DNA from: Vermamoeba vermiformis
Taxonomy: Eukaryota
Length of the DNA: 64,000 nucleotides
Direction: 5' to 3'
NCBI GenBank assembly: GCA_045837725.1
Contig: JBEWZL010000238.1
Span: 434,001-498,000 of the forward strand
The position numbers and the translations under genes are program-made. The notes under the pieces are model-generated. The model was not told the origin of the DNA. It did no database searches and saw nothing but the letters and a program-made list of their open reading frames with translations. Shown in pieces: positions 25,701-38,800 of this stretch (the first letter of the stretch is position 1; every line of letters starts with the position of its first letter).

Positions 25701-28700
25701 TGAACTACCCTCCCACTTCAAGCAACGTGACTTTGACTGTCGACGAGAATGCTCAATTGACAATCAATCAAATCACTGCCACTGACATTGATAACGATCC
25801 TCTCACTATGATCATTACCAAGAATGTCGGCAAGGGTGTTTTGAAGCGAGGCGACGGCACTGCCATTACTACTATCCCCGTCTCTCTTACCAGCTTCAAT
25901 TTGCTCTACACTCCTGCCCTCAACGAGTACGGTGCTCCTTACACCACCTTCGAGTACAAGTTCAACGACGGCAAGAGTGACTCCAAGACTTACGTCGCTA
26001 CTATCAACGTCAACTTCGTCAACCAAGCTCCCACTGCTTCTGACTTCAACGTTACCACTAATGAAGGCACAGCAGCTACGCTTCCCTTCTCAAGCAACAT
26101 CGCTGATGTCGAAAATAGTCCCTTGCAAATCGTTATCGTGTCACTTCCTGACGCCTCGCTCGGCAAGTTAATGGTCGGAAACACAGCTCTTACTGTTGGT
26201 GCCACCATTGCTGCCACCAGCACCGTGTCATTCGCTCCAGTTGCTTACGTCAACATGCTCTGGAACAACAATCCTACATTCAAGTATCAAGCTTACGACG
26301 GTCAGTTGTCCAGCAAAGTTGCTACAGTAACGGTCTTGATTCTCCCCGTGAACAATCCTCCCACTATCTCTGTCTCAACGACCACGGTTACTGCTCGAAG
26401 AGTGACTGGTTCCAGCTTCACCTTCACGCTCCAAGACTTCGATTTGTACGACAACTTGACTTTGGTTGTTGTTGGATCCAACTTGGGCGTTCCTTCGCAA
26501 ACAACTGGTGCATTGAAGTACAATGGCAACACTCTCAACAGCGGTTCATTGACTAACTTAGCTGTTGATTTGTTCGTCAACCCTACTGGCTCTCCTATCA
26601 CTGGTAGCTTGTCGTGGGTCCCTGGTGATCTTACTCCCGATAACTTCACTGCTTATGTTGACTTGGCTGCTAAAGATCAAGGACAACCTGCTCCTTCTGT
26701 CACTAGCGCCTCCATTCGTGTCACCTTGAAGGTAGCTAGCAACCAACCTCCTACTATCGTTGGCACCTACGCTCCTTCCACTGACGAAGACACTACTATC
26801 CCCGCTATCAACTTGAAGGGAACTGATCCCGACTCAAATGTTCAAGCTACTACCTTGTCCATTACCTTCGTCACTGTTCCCTCCAACGGTGAGCTCAAGA
26901 TCAACAACCAACTTATTTCTGCTGGTCAACAGTTCTCCGTTCCGACTTCAACGGACGCTAGCTCTTCTACCTACTCCGTGTCGTACAAGCCCTACTTGAA
27001 CAACAACGGCGACTCGTTCAGCGTCTACTTCACTGATGCTTTGGGCAGCTCATCTGCCACAACTGTTATTAACATCGCTGTGGCTCATGTCAATCACGCT
27101 CCTACTACCCAAGATTTGAACGTTACATTGGACGAGAACACTGTATACACCTTCAGTGGTTTCCCTGCCAACGACGTCGACAACATTGACACTTTGTCTT
27201 TGGTCATCGTTAGCTTGCCTGCCAAGGGCACTCTCACGACTAACGCCGGTGGATCAATCAGCGCTGGTCAAGTGTTCAGCCCAACTGACTCTTGGAAGCT
27301 CAAGTTCACTCCTGGCTTAAATGACTATGGCGCTGCGTACACTACTTTCACGTTCAAGATCCGTGACTCTAGCAATGCTGCCAACAGTGATTCAACCGTA
27401 GCAACGGCCACGATTAACGTTAACTTCATTAACCAAGCTCCTACCGGTGCCGATGCTACTTTGACCACCACTGAGAACAATCCCATTACTATCAGCTTTT
27501 CTACTTTGATAGCTGATGTGGACAACAACGCAAGTGACTTGAAGATTCGCATCAACTCGCTCCCTTCAAGCACCATCGCTACTCTCCGTCAATCATCGAG
27601 CAGCACTACTGACGACGTGTCTACTGGCTCGTTCCTCAGCGCTCAGTCGGTCTACTTGAATCTCGTTCCGTACAAATACGGCGTAGTTAGCTTCAGCTAC
27701 TCCGTGTTCGATGGCCTGTTGTTCTCTACTGTCAGTTATACCGTTCAAGTGACGATCAATCACGTCAATCACGCTCCCATGATCACTGCCACTAGCTCGT
27801 CCATTCTTTCTGAACGTGTCGTTGGCCGTAGTTTCTCGATCTACGTACAGGACTACGATGTCAATGATACATTGACAGTTCAAGCGACTGGCAACAATGT
27901 CACGACTATCAATGGCACTCTCAGCGTTACATCCCCCACTGCATTGACCATTGGTTACATGACCATTGATTCGATCACTGTCTACAGCAACAATGATGGC
28001 ACTGTCAAGAAGATTGATTTGACCTGGACTCCTTCTAATTTTGCATCCGATAGCCTTGCTGGTGGTGTCACATTCGTCGTTACCGACCAAGGATCGCTCT
28101 CAAGCTCCGTCACTGTTGGTTTGGTCGTCAGTCAGAACAAGCCTCCTGTTGCTTATCAGACTACAGCCGTTACTACCAACGAAGACACCACTGCAAATGA
28201 TATTCGCATTGAAGGCTACGATCCTGATGCTGGTCAAGGCACAATGTTGACGGCGACTCTTCTCACTTTGCCCAAGCTCGGCACTCTTGTCTACGCCAAC
28301 GCTGATGTCACTACTGCGACTACATTGAGCTCGCCAAGCAGCACTTCTAACACTACGTACTGCTTGCTCAATTACAGACCAACTCAGTACACTTACGGCA
28401 CTGATTCGTTCTCGTTTTACTTTACTGACAATCTTGGCTCAACGTCCAACGTCGTCACTGTCAGTGTCACAGTCACTCACGTGAACCACGCACCGACTTC
28501 TCAAGCATTCAGCATCACTTTGGACGAGAACACCGTGTACACCATCACTCAATTCTCCGTCAGCGATCCTGACAAGATTGACACCCACACCTTGGTCATT
28601 ACCAAGCTCCCAGCTCTTGGCTCGCTGTTGCCTGCTTCTGGCAACACTGCCTTCTCTACCGTGCCTGCCAACATCGCGAGCGGCAGCTGGCAACTTCGCT

Positions 28701-31700
28701 ACATCCCAGCCTTGAACGGATATGGCGCTCCTTACACCTACTTCTCGTTCAAGATGCTTGACTCTGCCAATGCCTACTCACCTGAGTACAACGTCACTGT
28801 GAACGTTAACTTCATCAACCAAGCACCCACCGGCGCTAACTTTGTTGTTAATGGCACCGAAGACGTTCCATTGACCATCGACTTCAGTAGCTACATTAAT
28901 GACGTTGACAACACTCCTGCTCAGCTGTACATTCAATTGAACAGCTTGCCCGCAACTTCCGCTGGTGCTTTAGTTGTGTCTGCTAATGACGCTACTGCCT
29001 ACGCCACCTTCCAACCGTTCTCTAGCAAGTCTATCACCTTCTCTTCGAGCTCTTATTGGAACGGTGCCACTTCGTTCACTTACTCAGTGTTCGACGGTGC
29101 TTTGTACAGCGCAGTCTACACAGTCACTATCAACATGGCTGCAGTGAACAACCCTCCAGTTGTCTCTGTCTCGCCTCTGACGGTCGTATCAGTTCGTAAT
29201 ACTGCCTCAATATTCACTGTCACAGTTCAAGACGTCGATATTGGTGACACGATTAGCGTTTTCATTGCCAACCACACGCTCCCTTCCAGCACTACCAACG
29301 GCTACCTCAAGCTTGTTGGCAGCAACGGCAACATCACGAACACTGCTTCACAAATCACATTGAAGTCAAACATGGCTAACCCCGCTGGTGCTCCTTTGAC
29401 CTTTGACATGTCATGGACCGCCACTGATTACACTCCTGACAACTTCGTGATCAGCATGAATATCTTCGCCACTGACCATGGTCAACCTCCTCCATCTTCT
29501 GCGAGCAACTTCGTTCCAGTCAAGTTGACAGTCTCGCCCAATACTGCTCCTACTTCAAGTGCTTCGGCTGCCACCGTCGATGAGGACTCTTCTGTCATCA
29601 TCTCCTTCACTGGTACTGACGTTGATTCCAATTTGCACGCTACAACATTGAAGGTTGTGCTCGTGTCATTGCCCCAACTTGGTACTCTGCAACTCTGTCC
29701 AAGCAATGCCTCCGTTGCTCTTGCTACGCCTTACGCTGGCACTGCAGGCACTGGCTTGACTACCTTCTCATTCGTGTACATTCCCACGAAGGTCACTTAC
29801 GGCAGCGATTCATTCACTTACGTAGTGCAAGACATGTTGACTGCTTCATCTACTTTGGTGACAGTTCCCATCACGATCAACCACGTCAATCACGCTCCCA
29901 CTTCTCGCAATTTGAATATCACTATCAACGAGAACGCCGCTTACACTTTTAGCTCGTTCCCTGCTGACGATGTTGATAAGATTGACACTCTGTCATTGGT
30001 CATCATGACACTTCCTGCCAAGGGCACGTTGAAGGACTCCAATGGCAACAACGTTGCTGCTCAGCAAGTCTTCAGTCCTGCCATGTCTTGGAACTTGCAG
30101 TTCGTTCCCGTTCTCAACGCCTGGGGCACTCCTTACACTCAGTTCACGTTCTTGATTCGTGACTCCAGCGCAGCATCGAACAGCAACTCATCCACCTACA
30201 CCTGCACCATTAACGTCAACTTTGTCAACCAAGCTCCCGTTGCTAATGCAGTTGCCTTCACTACTCTTGAAGACACTCCAGTCACTTTGTCCTTCAACAG
30301 TTCGATCAGCGACGTTGACAATGACAACTCTCAGCTCTCAGTCGTAATTGCATCATTGCCTTCATTCGGTCAATTGCTCGTCACTTCAACTGGTGCTAAG
30401 GTGACTCAAGGCCAAAAGATCTCTGGCTCTGTTTCACAAATCTCTTACAGCCCGTTCTTGAACGCTAATGGTGACGATAGCTTTACTTGGTATGCTGTTG
30501 ATCCTTCCAGTGCAGCCTCTGCTATTGTCAATGCAAACGTGCACGTGACACCCGTGAACGATCCACCAACTTCAGCGGACAAGGTTGTTGTTACTCAACG
30601 TAACACCCCTGTTACCATCACCAACTTCGTTGTTGACTCTGTTGATCACGGTCCTTCGGATATCAGCTTCAACTTGATCATGAACGTTGATGCTGGTCTC
30701 TTGGAGCAGACCACCTCGTCCTCCCCTGCCAACCAAGTCTCGTTCACTTACACTCCTCCCAACTTGGACAGCATTTACGTTGACCCTGCAGTGCCCTTCA
30801 CTCGCTTCACCTTCATGTTGTTTGACGGTGTGAACGATTCAATCCCTTACACTGTCTCGATCTACATCGCGTACAGTAACACTCCTCCTAAGAGTCAGAA
30901 CTCTGCTTCATACACCGATGAAGATATTCCAGTGCTCGTCACGCTCGCAGCAATCGATTTGGAGACTCCATTGAGCAATCTGTCCATCAAGATTGTGTCC
31001 ATTGATCCGTCTACCACTGGCAGCCTCTACACTGACGAAACTAAGGCCACTGCTCTCCAAGCCAACGCTTTCTTGCCTAATCACGGAAAGACCTTCTACT
31101 ACGTGCCAGTGTTGAACACCTACTCGGTCGACAATGTTCCTCTTGCTAACCTCAAGTTCCAAGTGTATGACACTGAAGGTGGTATCAGCGGTTTGTACAC
31201 TGCTCTTGTGTTCGTTAACCACGTCAACAAGCCTGCTAGCTACAACGGTCCTCTTACCTTCACCGTCGATGAAGACGCTACACTCACAATGAACTTGGGT
31301 TCGGCCATCAATGATCCTGATTCACCTCCTCCAGCTAAGGTTCAAATCGTCAGCGCTGTCAGCAAGGGCACGCTCTTTGTCTGCGAGGAAGATGTTCAGC
31401 CTTGCAACCGTATCACAGTGACTAATGGCGACTACATTGACAACTTGCTCCATCAAGTCTTGTTCATTGCTCTCCCGAACGAGAACGGCGACAACTACAC
31501 CACCTTCTCGTTCGTCACTTACGATTCTGAAGGCCTCCAAAGCTCTCCTTACACTGTCACCATCAACGTCACACCTGTCAACGACCCTCCAGTTGTTGCG
31601 CCTTTCTTTGACGCCGTTCCTCAACGTGTTGTCATGTTCGAAGACACTGAGTTCGTGTTGAAGTGGAACGTGACTGATATCGACTCTCCTCTCAACAACT

Positions 31701-32617
31701 TGACTACCAAGCTCACCTCAACTCTGCGCAGCTCTGGTGCTTTCTACATGTGCGACATTAGCGGTGGAGAAGAGTGTGCTCGTGGCGAACAAATCTTGCC
31801 TCCAATCCTCGTTCCTGCCGTTACTCCTGGTGTTTTCAGAGTGTTGTTCGTTCCTGCGGCCAACCTCTATGACGACAGAAACTTTGCCACGTTCACTATT
31901 CAAGCATTTGATGACTACTTGGCTCCTTCAACCATCGTTCGCGGCATCATTCGTGTCCGCCCTGTCAATGACGCGCCAGTCATCAACACCAACACAACTC
32001 TGCCAGTGACGTCAGTCAGAGACTACTCTTCTGGCGTCTCTCGCACAGGCTTTGGTCCCTTCGTGATCTCCGATATTGACAGTGGTCTGCATCCCATCAC
32101 CGCGCTCATCACTGTGCAAGATTCGAATGGATACTTTGACCTCATATCCGGCTTCAACCCGTGCACATTCATCAACGGAACTGACGCTGTCACTGCTAAC
32201 TGCACTGCTTCGCAGAGTGACCTCCGCGAGACCATGAATATGCTCTACTACGTCTCTTCTAGCGTTGGTTCAATTAGCGTTTCGATCTTTGTTGATGACT
32301 TAGGCAACACTGACTGGAACAATACTGCGCTCTCTACGCAATTGAACTACACGATCTTGATCTCACAAGACACTGGCCTTCAAAGCACCCCCACTACGCC
32401 TGACAACACTTTGACCATTGCGCTGTCAGTCTCTGCGGGAGCTGCCGTCGCTGCCGTTGCAATCCTCATCTGGCGATTGAGACGCAGAAAGGACCAAGAA
32501 GTCGACAACTACTTTGAGGACTTGACCAGCAACCTCAATGCTACGACCACTTCTGCGTTGTACGAGAGCAAGTTCCAAGAAGGCTCTAACCCGTTCTACC
32601 AAAACACCAATGCTTAA
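22735..32617 (+). CDS. Giant (~3,150 aa) Sib-like type I adhesion receptor with tandem cadherin-like/Big_9 repeats and an NPxY tail
   Basis: Signal peptide MRFYFALLLVILGLTCVQG; DUF4114-like GFED...GDSDYNDV; Cys-rich region; vWA-like LDLFVAFDTGG; ~20 repeats of VNxAP...(D)ED...DxD; TM helix; tail ...SALY...NPFY. Confidence 0.85.
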
Positions 32618-32704
32618 ATGTATCATAATTGCGAAATCTCTTGTAACAATAATAATTAATTAAAAATTTTAATATAATAACCCTCGAGCACTAGTTTATA
32701 TCAT

Positions 32705-33920
32705 TTACAAGTCGTTGAGCGGGTCGTGTTTAACAGCATTAGGATTCCACGCCTCAACTGGTTCATTTTTCTGCGACTGCGATTGTTGCGTGCTGCTAGA
32801 TTGTTGATACTGCCCTGGCTTTTGAAATGGTCTTTGCGGGTTAGCATTGCTTGGTGGAGGTTGTGGCCGTTGAGGTTGAATAGGTTCTGGTGCTGATTTA
32901 ATTGGCTCGCTGTGTGGGGTGGCTGTAGATTGCGCTGTTTGTGCCTGTCGCGCTAGATCCGCTTTCGCTGCTTCAAGTGCTTGGTCTGTAAGTTCAACGC
33001 CGGCAATACTTCCTATGATAACAATACAATAAATGTACCATATTTTCGTTCAATTACGTATTAAAACAAATAACGCTTGGGTTTTTTTCGTAAAAGCAAC
33101 GTGTTTTGAACAGTGACACGTACCATCTTCTGATTGCATTTTGGCCATTAAATTCTTTAAGAATGATTGTGACGTGTAGCTCTCATTGAAATCTGTTCAT
33201 AGACGGCGTCAGTATTTGTGATTGAGTTCGCAGATCCCTGCTGCTGAAATACGCAGAAGCCATATATTAAAATATTTGGGTAATTATAATTACCTCTTCC
33301 TTCGCGTTCTCGCTGCGCCATTTCCTCGAGCCTCAATTTCGCATCTTGTTCCTCGATGTCTCGGACTCTAATTTTCAGTTGTCGTTGCTCTTCGTTGTAT
33401 AAATCGATTTCCTAATTAGATATATTAAATTAATATTAATTACGGCCGTCTTCCTCGGTGTTATGAAAATTTTCATTTGTGAAATTTCTGCTGTGAGTTT
33501 AGCGATCAGATCTTACTTTCTCTGACGGAGCTCTCTTCAATTTATATCCTAGCCATAGACTCCAGAGTGGGTGTAGACTACGAGGATTAGGGTATTCGCG
33601 CTCACGATATTCTACCATGCGTTTGACGGGTCTGTTCTGATCTGGTGCAGAAAAGTATTTAGATTAATTTGCATAATTATCATAATATTACAAATATCAT
33701 AATATAATATTTTGCGCCTCAAAATAAGTAATTCGGACAAAGATTATTATTTTTTGCCATTTAAATATCAGATGTAGCTGCCAGCGATCAATTTGATAAT
33801 ATAGTGCATACCATTAGGATCTTCGTACGTAAAAAATTTATTTCCTTCTTTGTCTGCGCCTACAAGTGTCTTTGAACTCACGCGCTTGAAAACATTCGTA
33901 ATGCTTCTGAATAGAGCCAT
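32705..33920 (-). CDS. NDUFAF2: NDUFA12/NDUFAF2 (mimitin)-family complex I assembly factor; absent from the ORF track
   Basis: Spliced: LVGADKEGNKFF...KRMVEY...LHPLWSLWLGYKLKRAPS, charged helix, C-terminal EAWNP. Confidence 0.75.
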
Positions 33921-34322
33921 CGAGCTATTGATAATAAAATTGCTCTTGTTGTCGTGTAAAATTGCAAAAAATATTATTGAAACATGAAATAGGGACAGAG
34001 TAAAAAAAAATGGAATTTGAGATTTGACATGGCGCTAGCGCAGACCATAAAAATCGAGTGCATAATAGTAGTTATTATTAGCTGCCAGCTATTGATCCCG
34101 TACAGACGACTGGCACAATGAAGGCAGAATCGAGATGAAAGTGTCACCGTTGAACAAACCAGCTGTCAGATCGATACGAGCGGCCAACAGAACATGAAGA
34201 TCGATTTCGTAGCAGAAAACCCCTTCGCCCTCTGGATGCGAAATTTAATTGGAACAAAATATCAACAGATTAGGACATACACGCTATTTAAAATTTGTCA
34301 CTGCGCTTTATTTTTAAACTTT

Positions 34323-35680
34323 TTAATTGGTCGATAGTATTCCTATAACGCGTCTAATTGAACTGTCATTGAATAATGCTCGCGCAATTGATCCAAAGTC
34401 AAGTGTTACTCCCGGATATTTCACTTGTGATAGTATTAATTCCCAAATATCGCTCGGTAGAATAGGCACGGATTCATTCGATAAATTTCTGCAATGATTG
34501 AATCGCACAATGTTGTACAACAGCACGATCGTTGATTTAACTCTTTCATTTTGCAGTTTTCGATTCCGAAGTGTCAGTGCTTTGATCTCAGTACTGAAGC
34601 TGGTAAAGCCTCCATTTACATCGCACTCTATTATTGATTCATTTTCTTCTAAAATTGATAGGTCGGCCAGATCTTTGGGTAAAAAATAAAGGAAAAATTT
34701 TCGCAACGATTGTGTTGTTTTTAATCCGCTTTTGAAGTCTAAGTTTGTCAACATATCTTCTTTTACCCGACGCAGATGTAGTTCTTCTAATGCCGTTGAA
34801 TTGCCAATCAATCTTCCAACTGCCGTGTGCAGATCCGTGTTTGAGAGAAGTAATTCCATGTCCAGAACTTTCACGGTACTATTGGTCAATGCTTCAAATA
34901 TGTCTAATTTGGAATGATTAACGCTGAATGAAAGCTGAGTCAATGCCGTTGATTTTTTGATTAGTTGAACTAGATGTGGGAGTGCTGAATCGCCGATACA
35001 GTTTAAATCAGCCATTTCTAAACATACTAATCTATCATTGTGTTCTGTAAAATATTGGCAGAATTCTTTAAATCCCTCGGTTTGCTCATCGTCAACAAAT
35101 AATGACATGTCAGAAAAAGAGAACTGATTGAAATTGGTTCCGTTTTGCAAACAAGACACAATTTCTGGGAACAATTTCGGCCAATATCCGACAAACGATT
35201 GATCCAGCTGGAAGTACTTCGTTGGGCTGCGCAGACCATGCAGCTTTGCGAGAGATCCCGACAGTGGTAGGTCTCGTTCTAGCTTGAACTCCAACGTTAA
35301 CTTTTCAATCCTTGTATGGTTATTATTATTGTTATATTGTTCTATCGCTGCAAACAGAAGTTGGATGTGATCAGGTTTTGTCCTTGAATCCAGCTTAAAT
35401 TTGATTTCACTGATCCGATAATTCGTATTTGGCTCTTTAATATCATTTGCTAAATAGATTATGTCCTCAGCGTTTTTTCCAAGAGAGATGTTGATCTTTT
35501 TGACAGGTTTCCTTACATCCTTGATCCGTGTATATTTGTCTGTGTACTGTGCACAATAAATAATGAAAATTAATATGAGCTCATATTGAAAATTAGTCAA
35601 AAGGTTCCGTGTCGTAATCCGGACCGAATCTTTTAAACCGAAACCGGAGCTTGGGTTACCTCAACGCTATCTGACATCAT
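34323..35680 (-). CDS. RNI-like LRR protein with a C-terminal F-box-like motif
   Basis: Repeats such as LIKKSTALTQLSFS, LIGNSTALEELHL, LKTTQSLRKFFL, NESIIEC; C-terminal ILPSDIWELILSQV; short first exon MMSDSVE. Confidence 0.7.
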
Positions 35681-35860
35681 ATTGACTGTATACTACGAGC
35701 AAAAATTGGTTGTGGTGGTGAATAAACGCGTAAATTCGAAAATGGAATTCGCGAGATTTTGTTTTGTGGCTGGTTTGGTCAAGATAGCAAGTTCACATTA
35801 AATCGGTTGTTTAATTAACCAACAGAATTAAAAGGCACTGCCGAGGATTCATTATTGGCC

Positions 35861-38800
35861 ATGGCAGCAATGGAGCACGTGCCTAACGATCTTTTGGTTG
35901 AGATCTTGAAATCGTTCGGTCTCAACTACGTTGATCGCTGGAACTGTTTGTTGGTAAGCTTTCGTGATCTCAATAAAAATTATAAAAATATATTAAGAAT
36001 TTAAGTGTAATTGTCGGTTAAGCGTTTAGTGCCTTCTAAATTAATTTTTGATTGTGGATCGTTTCATTTGTGGTTAAAATTACCTTAAAATGTAATTTGT
36101 ACAGCATGACCGTCCTAGCAAGTAATATGACGCTTCGGCAAATTTAACAAACTTAATCGTTCATATTAACGTTTTACTAACGATTTTACTCAGACGTCCA
36201 AGCAATTCAAACAAGCCGTTCTCACGCCTCGCTTGTGGACTCACGTCACTATTCAAACATCGCCTATCTTCTACTTGCGCGATGAAGAAGAGCAAAGAAA
36301 GGATCCGAAGCCAAAAGAGCTCTCGATCCATGCCGCTGCTTTGATGCAATTCCTCCACAAGAACTTCCCTCGTGATGTTGTGGAGTTGGATCTATCGGGT
36401 GGATTTTTTGAAAGTGAGGTAATGCTACTTAATAATATCAGAATTCTGCCCAAGTTAATGTGCCTAAAACGCATCCGAGCCAGATTTAACCTTTGGGTTG
36501 GTAAAGGGACTAATAGCGATTTTCTATAGAACTCTTACAACAAGCGCAAATATGACAACTACCAAGGTCGTCATTCCACCAACATGTATTTGTGGGAAAT
36601 GATCTACGGATTCCCGAACTTGACGAAACTTAGTTTGAAAAATGTTATCTGTCGCGATTACAGCTCTGGAGGTATGATTATAATGCTTCTATTTATATTT
36701 TGCGCAGTAGGCAACAAGTGCTTATTTTTTTTACCAGATTTGGCTACTTTGCCTTTGTACGCTGGTCAGCAGTCGAGCATCACGCATCTTAACTTGACCA
36801 ATCAAGAGTTATTCAACATCAACAACAAGTCACTCGAAATGATTCTGGCAGCGTGTCCCAAGCTCGAACAACTCCAAATGAAATCCGATGATGACCTGAC
36901 AACTGACGCCACGGAACTGTTCGCACAGCACACTCCAAACATCAAAGAGCTGTTGTGCATCAAGGGACCGTTCTCAGCGTCACAGTTGTCAATGTTGTGT
37001 CCGAAACTCGAAGTGTTGATCCGTAAGTAGCCCGCAGCAACATGACACTTCACACCATTGATTGAAATTGCGTGCATTACGTTGTATTTTAATCGAGTGC
37101 GAAGGCCTTGTACTAACAACTGTGCATAGTTACTAAGGCCAAACGGTTCGCATGGGAAGCTGACGAAGAGCCCACCGAGCCTCCAACTCTCAGACCTGAA
37201 ATTACGTTCTTCAACAGCGAGTGGTAAGTCTAAGTACTTCTTTATTGATTGATGATCTCTAATACCTTGCTCTTGCAGTAAAAACTTGTGGTCCGATACC
37301 AAATTCTCCAAGACCGAAGCCAAGAAATTGGAAAAAGCCTTCCAAAACACATCGTGGAGCGATTACTACGGTACCCCGTTCATCGCTAAAATGCTCGAAG
37401 TCAAAGAGGACACTGACGACCGAGTTGAGAGCTTGTTGAATTTGTTCAAGAAGATGGGCATGGACATCGATGAGCAGTAAGCAGACCAGCAAAGCTTCGT
37501 ATTTTCGGTAACTTATTTTCACCACGAACAGAGTGAAATCAAAGGACGAAGTTCGGTTCAATCCTTTCAAGCTTCAGTTCCCATACGACGCTTCATTCGA
37601 CAAAGAACCGTATGGTGAAGTAACATACAGTCCCTTGTACTTCTATCAAACCGATGGGGACTCAGCACTGCATCTTGCAGTGAAACGAGCCAATGCAACT
37701 GATTCAAAACACATTACGCGTCAACTGATGAGTTTGTTGCTCAAGAAAGGTGCCAACGTCAACCTCAGAAACAAGTAAGCGATTAAAATTTCATCGGTGT
37801 ATGAACGCTAACGCATTGTTGTGTTGAAGGGAGGGCAAGACACCGATCTGCTACTCACTCAACTCGAAGGTGCTCAAGACACTTGTCGATGCCGGTGCAG
37901 ATGCCAAAGTGATCGACAACAACGGATGGAATGTGTTGATGAATGTCATTGCCAACCCTTCTCGATACAAGCGTGACTTTGGTACGACAATTGTGATGCC
38001 AATAATCAATTCTAAACCGCTAATGCTTTGTTAGACGACGATGCGATGATGAAGATGGTCAATTTGTTGACTGAAAAGGCACTCGACATCAACTATGAAG
38101 CACCCGATGGCATGAATGCACTCAACGTAAGTACTCTTGAGAACACTCGAACATATCAAGCGTTGACACGTGTCACTTTGACAGGTTGCATTGTTGTGTG
38201 GTCAACTCGAAGTTGCAAAGAAGATCCAAAAGATGATGAAAAAGCCCGAGCCCAGCACTCACAAGTAAGTTCAATCTGATTGTGAACGCGACCACATGTA
38301 CTAATAGAGTTGACACAAAGGGGTCCTCGATTGAGCACTCTTTCATGCTTGTGTCTGTCTCGTGTTCGAGAAGTTGATGTTGAGACCCAAAAGGAGCTGG
38401 TACGGTGTCGAGATTTAGTTTTAAAATTAGCTAATCGTGCCCAGATTGGCGAGCTGTTAGACGCAGGCTATGATGTGTTGTCTCAAGATGACAAAGGTCA
38501 CAATGCACTTCACATCACGTGCTTGTATCGACGATTTGATCTTGCCAAAGAACTCATCACGTGAGTAGTGTCCCTTTGTGAAGTCAAAATCTAATATGAC
38601 TCTAATCTGTTCCCAATATCAGTCGATGCAAACAAGCGGCAGAACTTTTGTCAGCAAAAGACAATGACGGCTACACACCTCTGCACTACGCTATCACTCT
38701 TTATGCAAAGGTACGTGTAAATATATATGTTTTTGTATGACGGTAAAACTTAACGCGTATTCTTCAGAGTGCCCCTGAATGGTCGGATTGCAAGGCGCTC

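Noticed and set aside
24631-32626. Many minus-strand and alternate-frame ORFs inside the giant adhesin
   Set aside because: By-products of strong codon bias in the real plus-strand frame.
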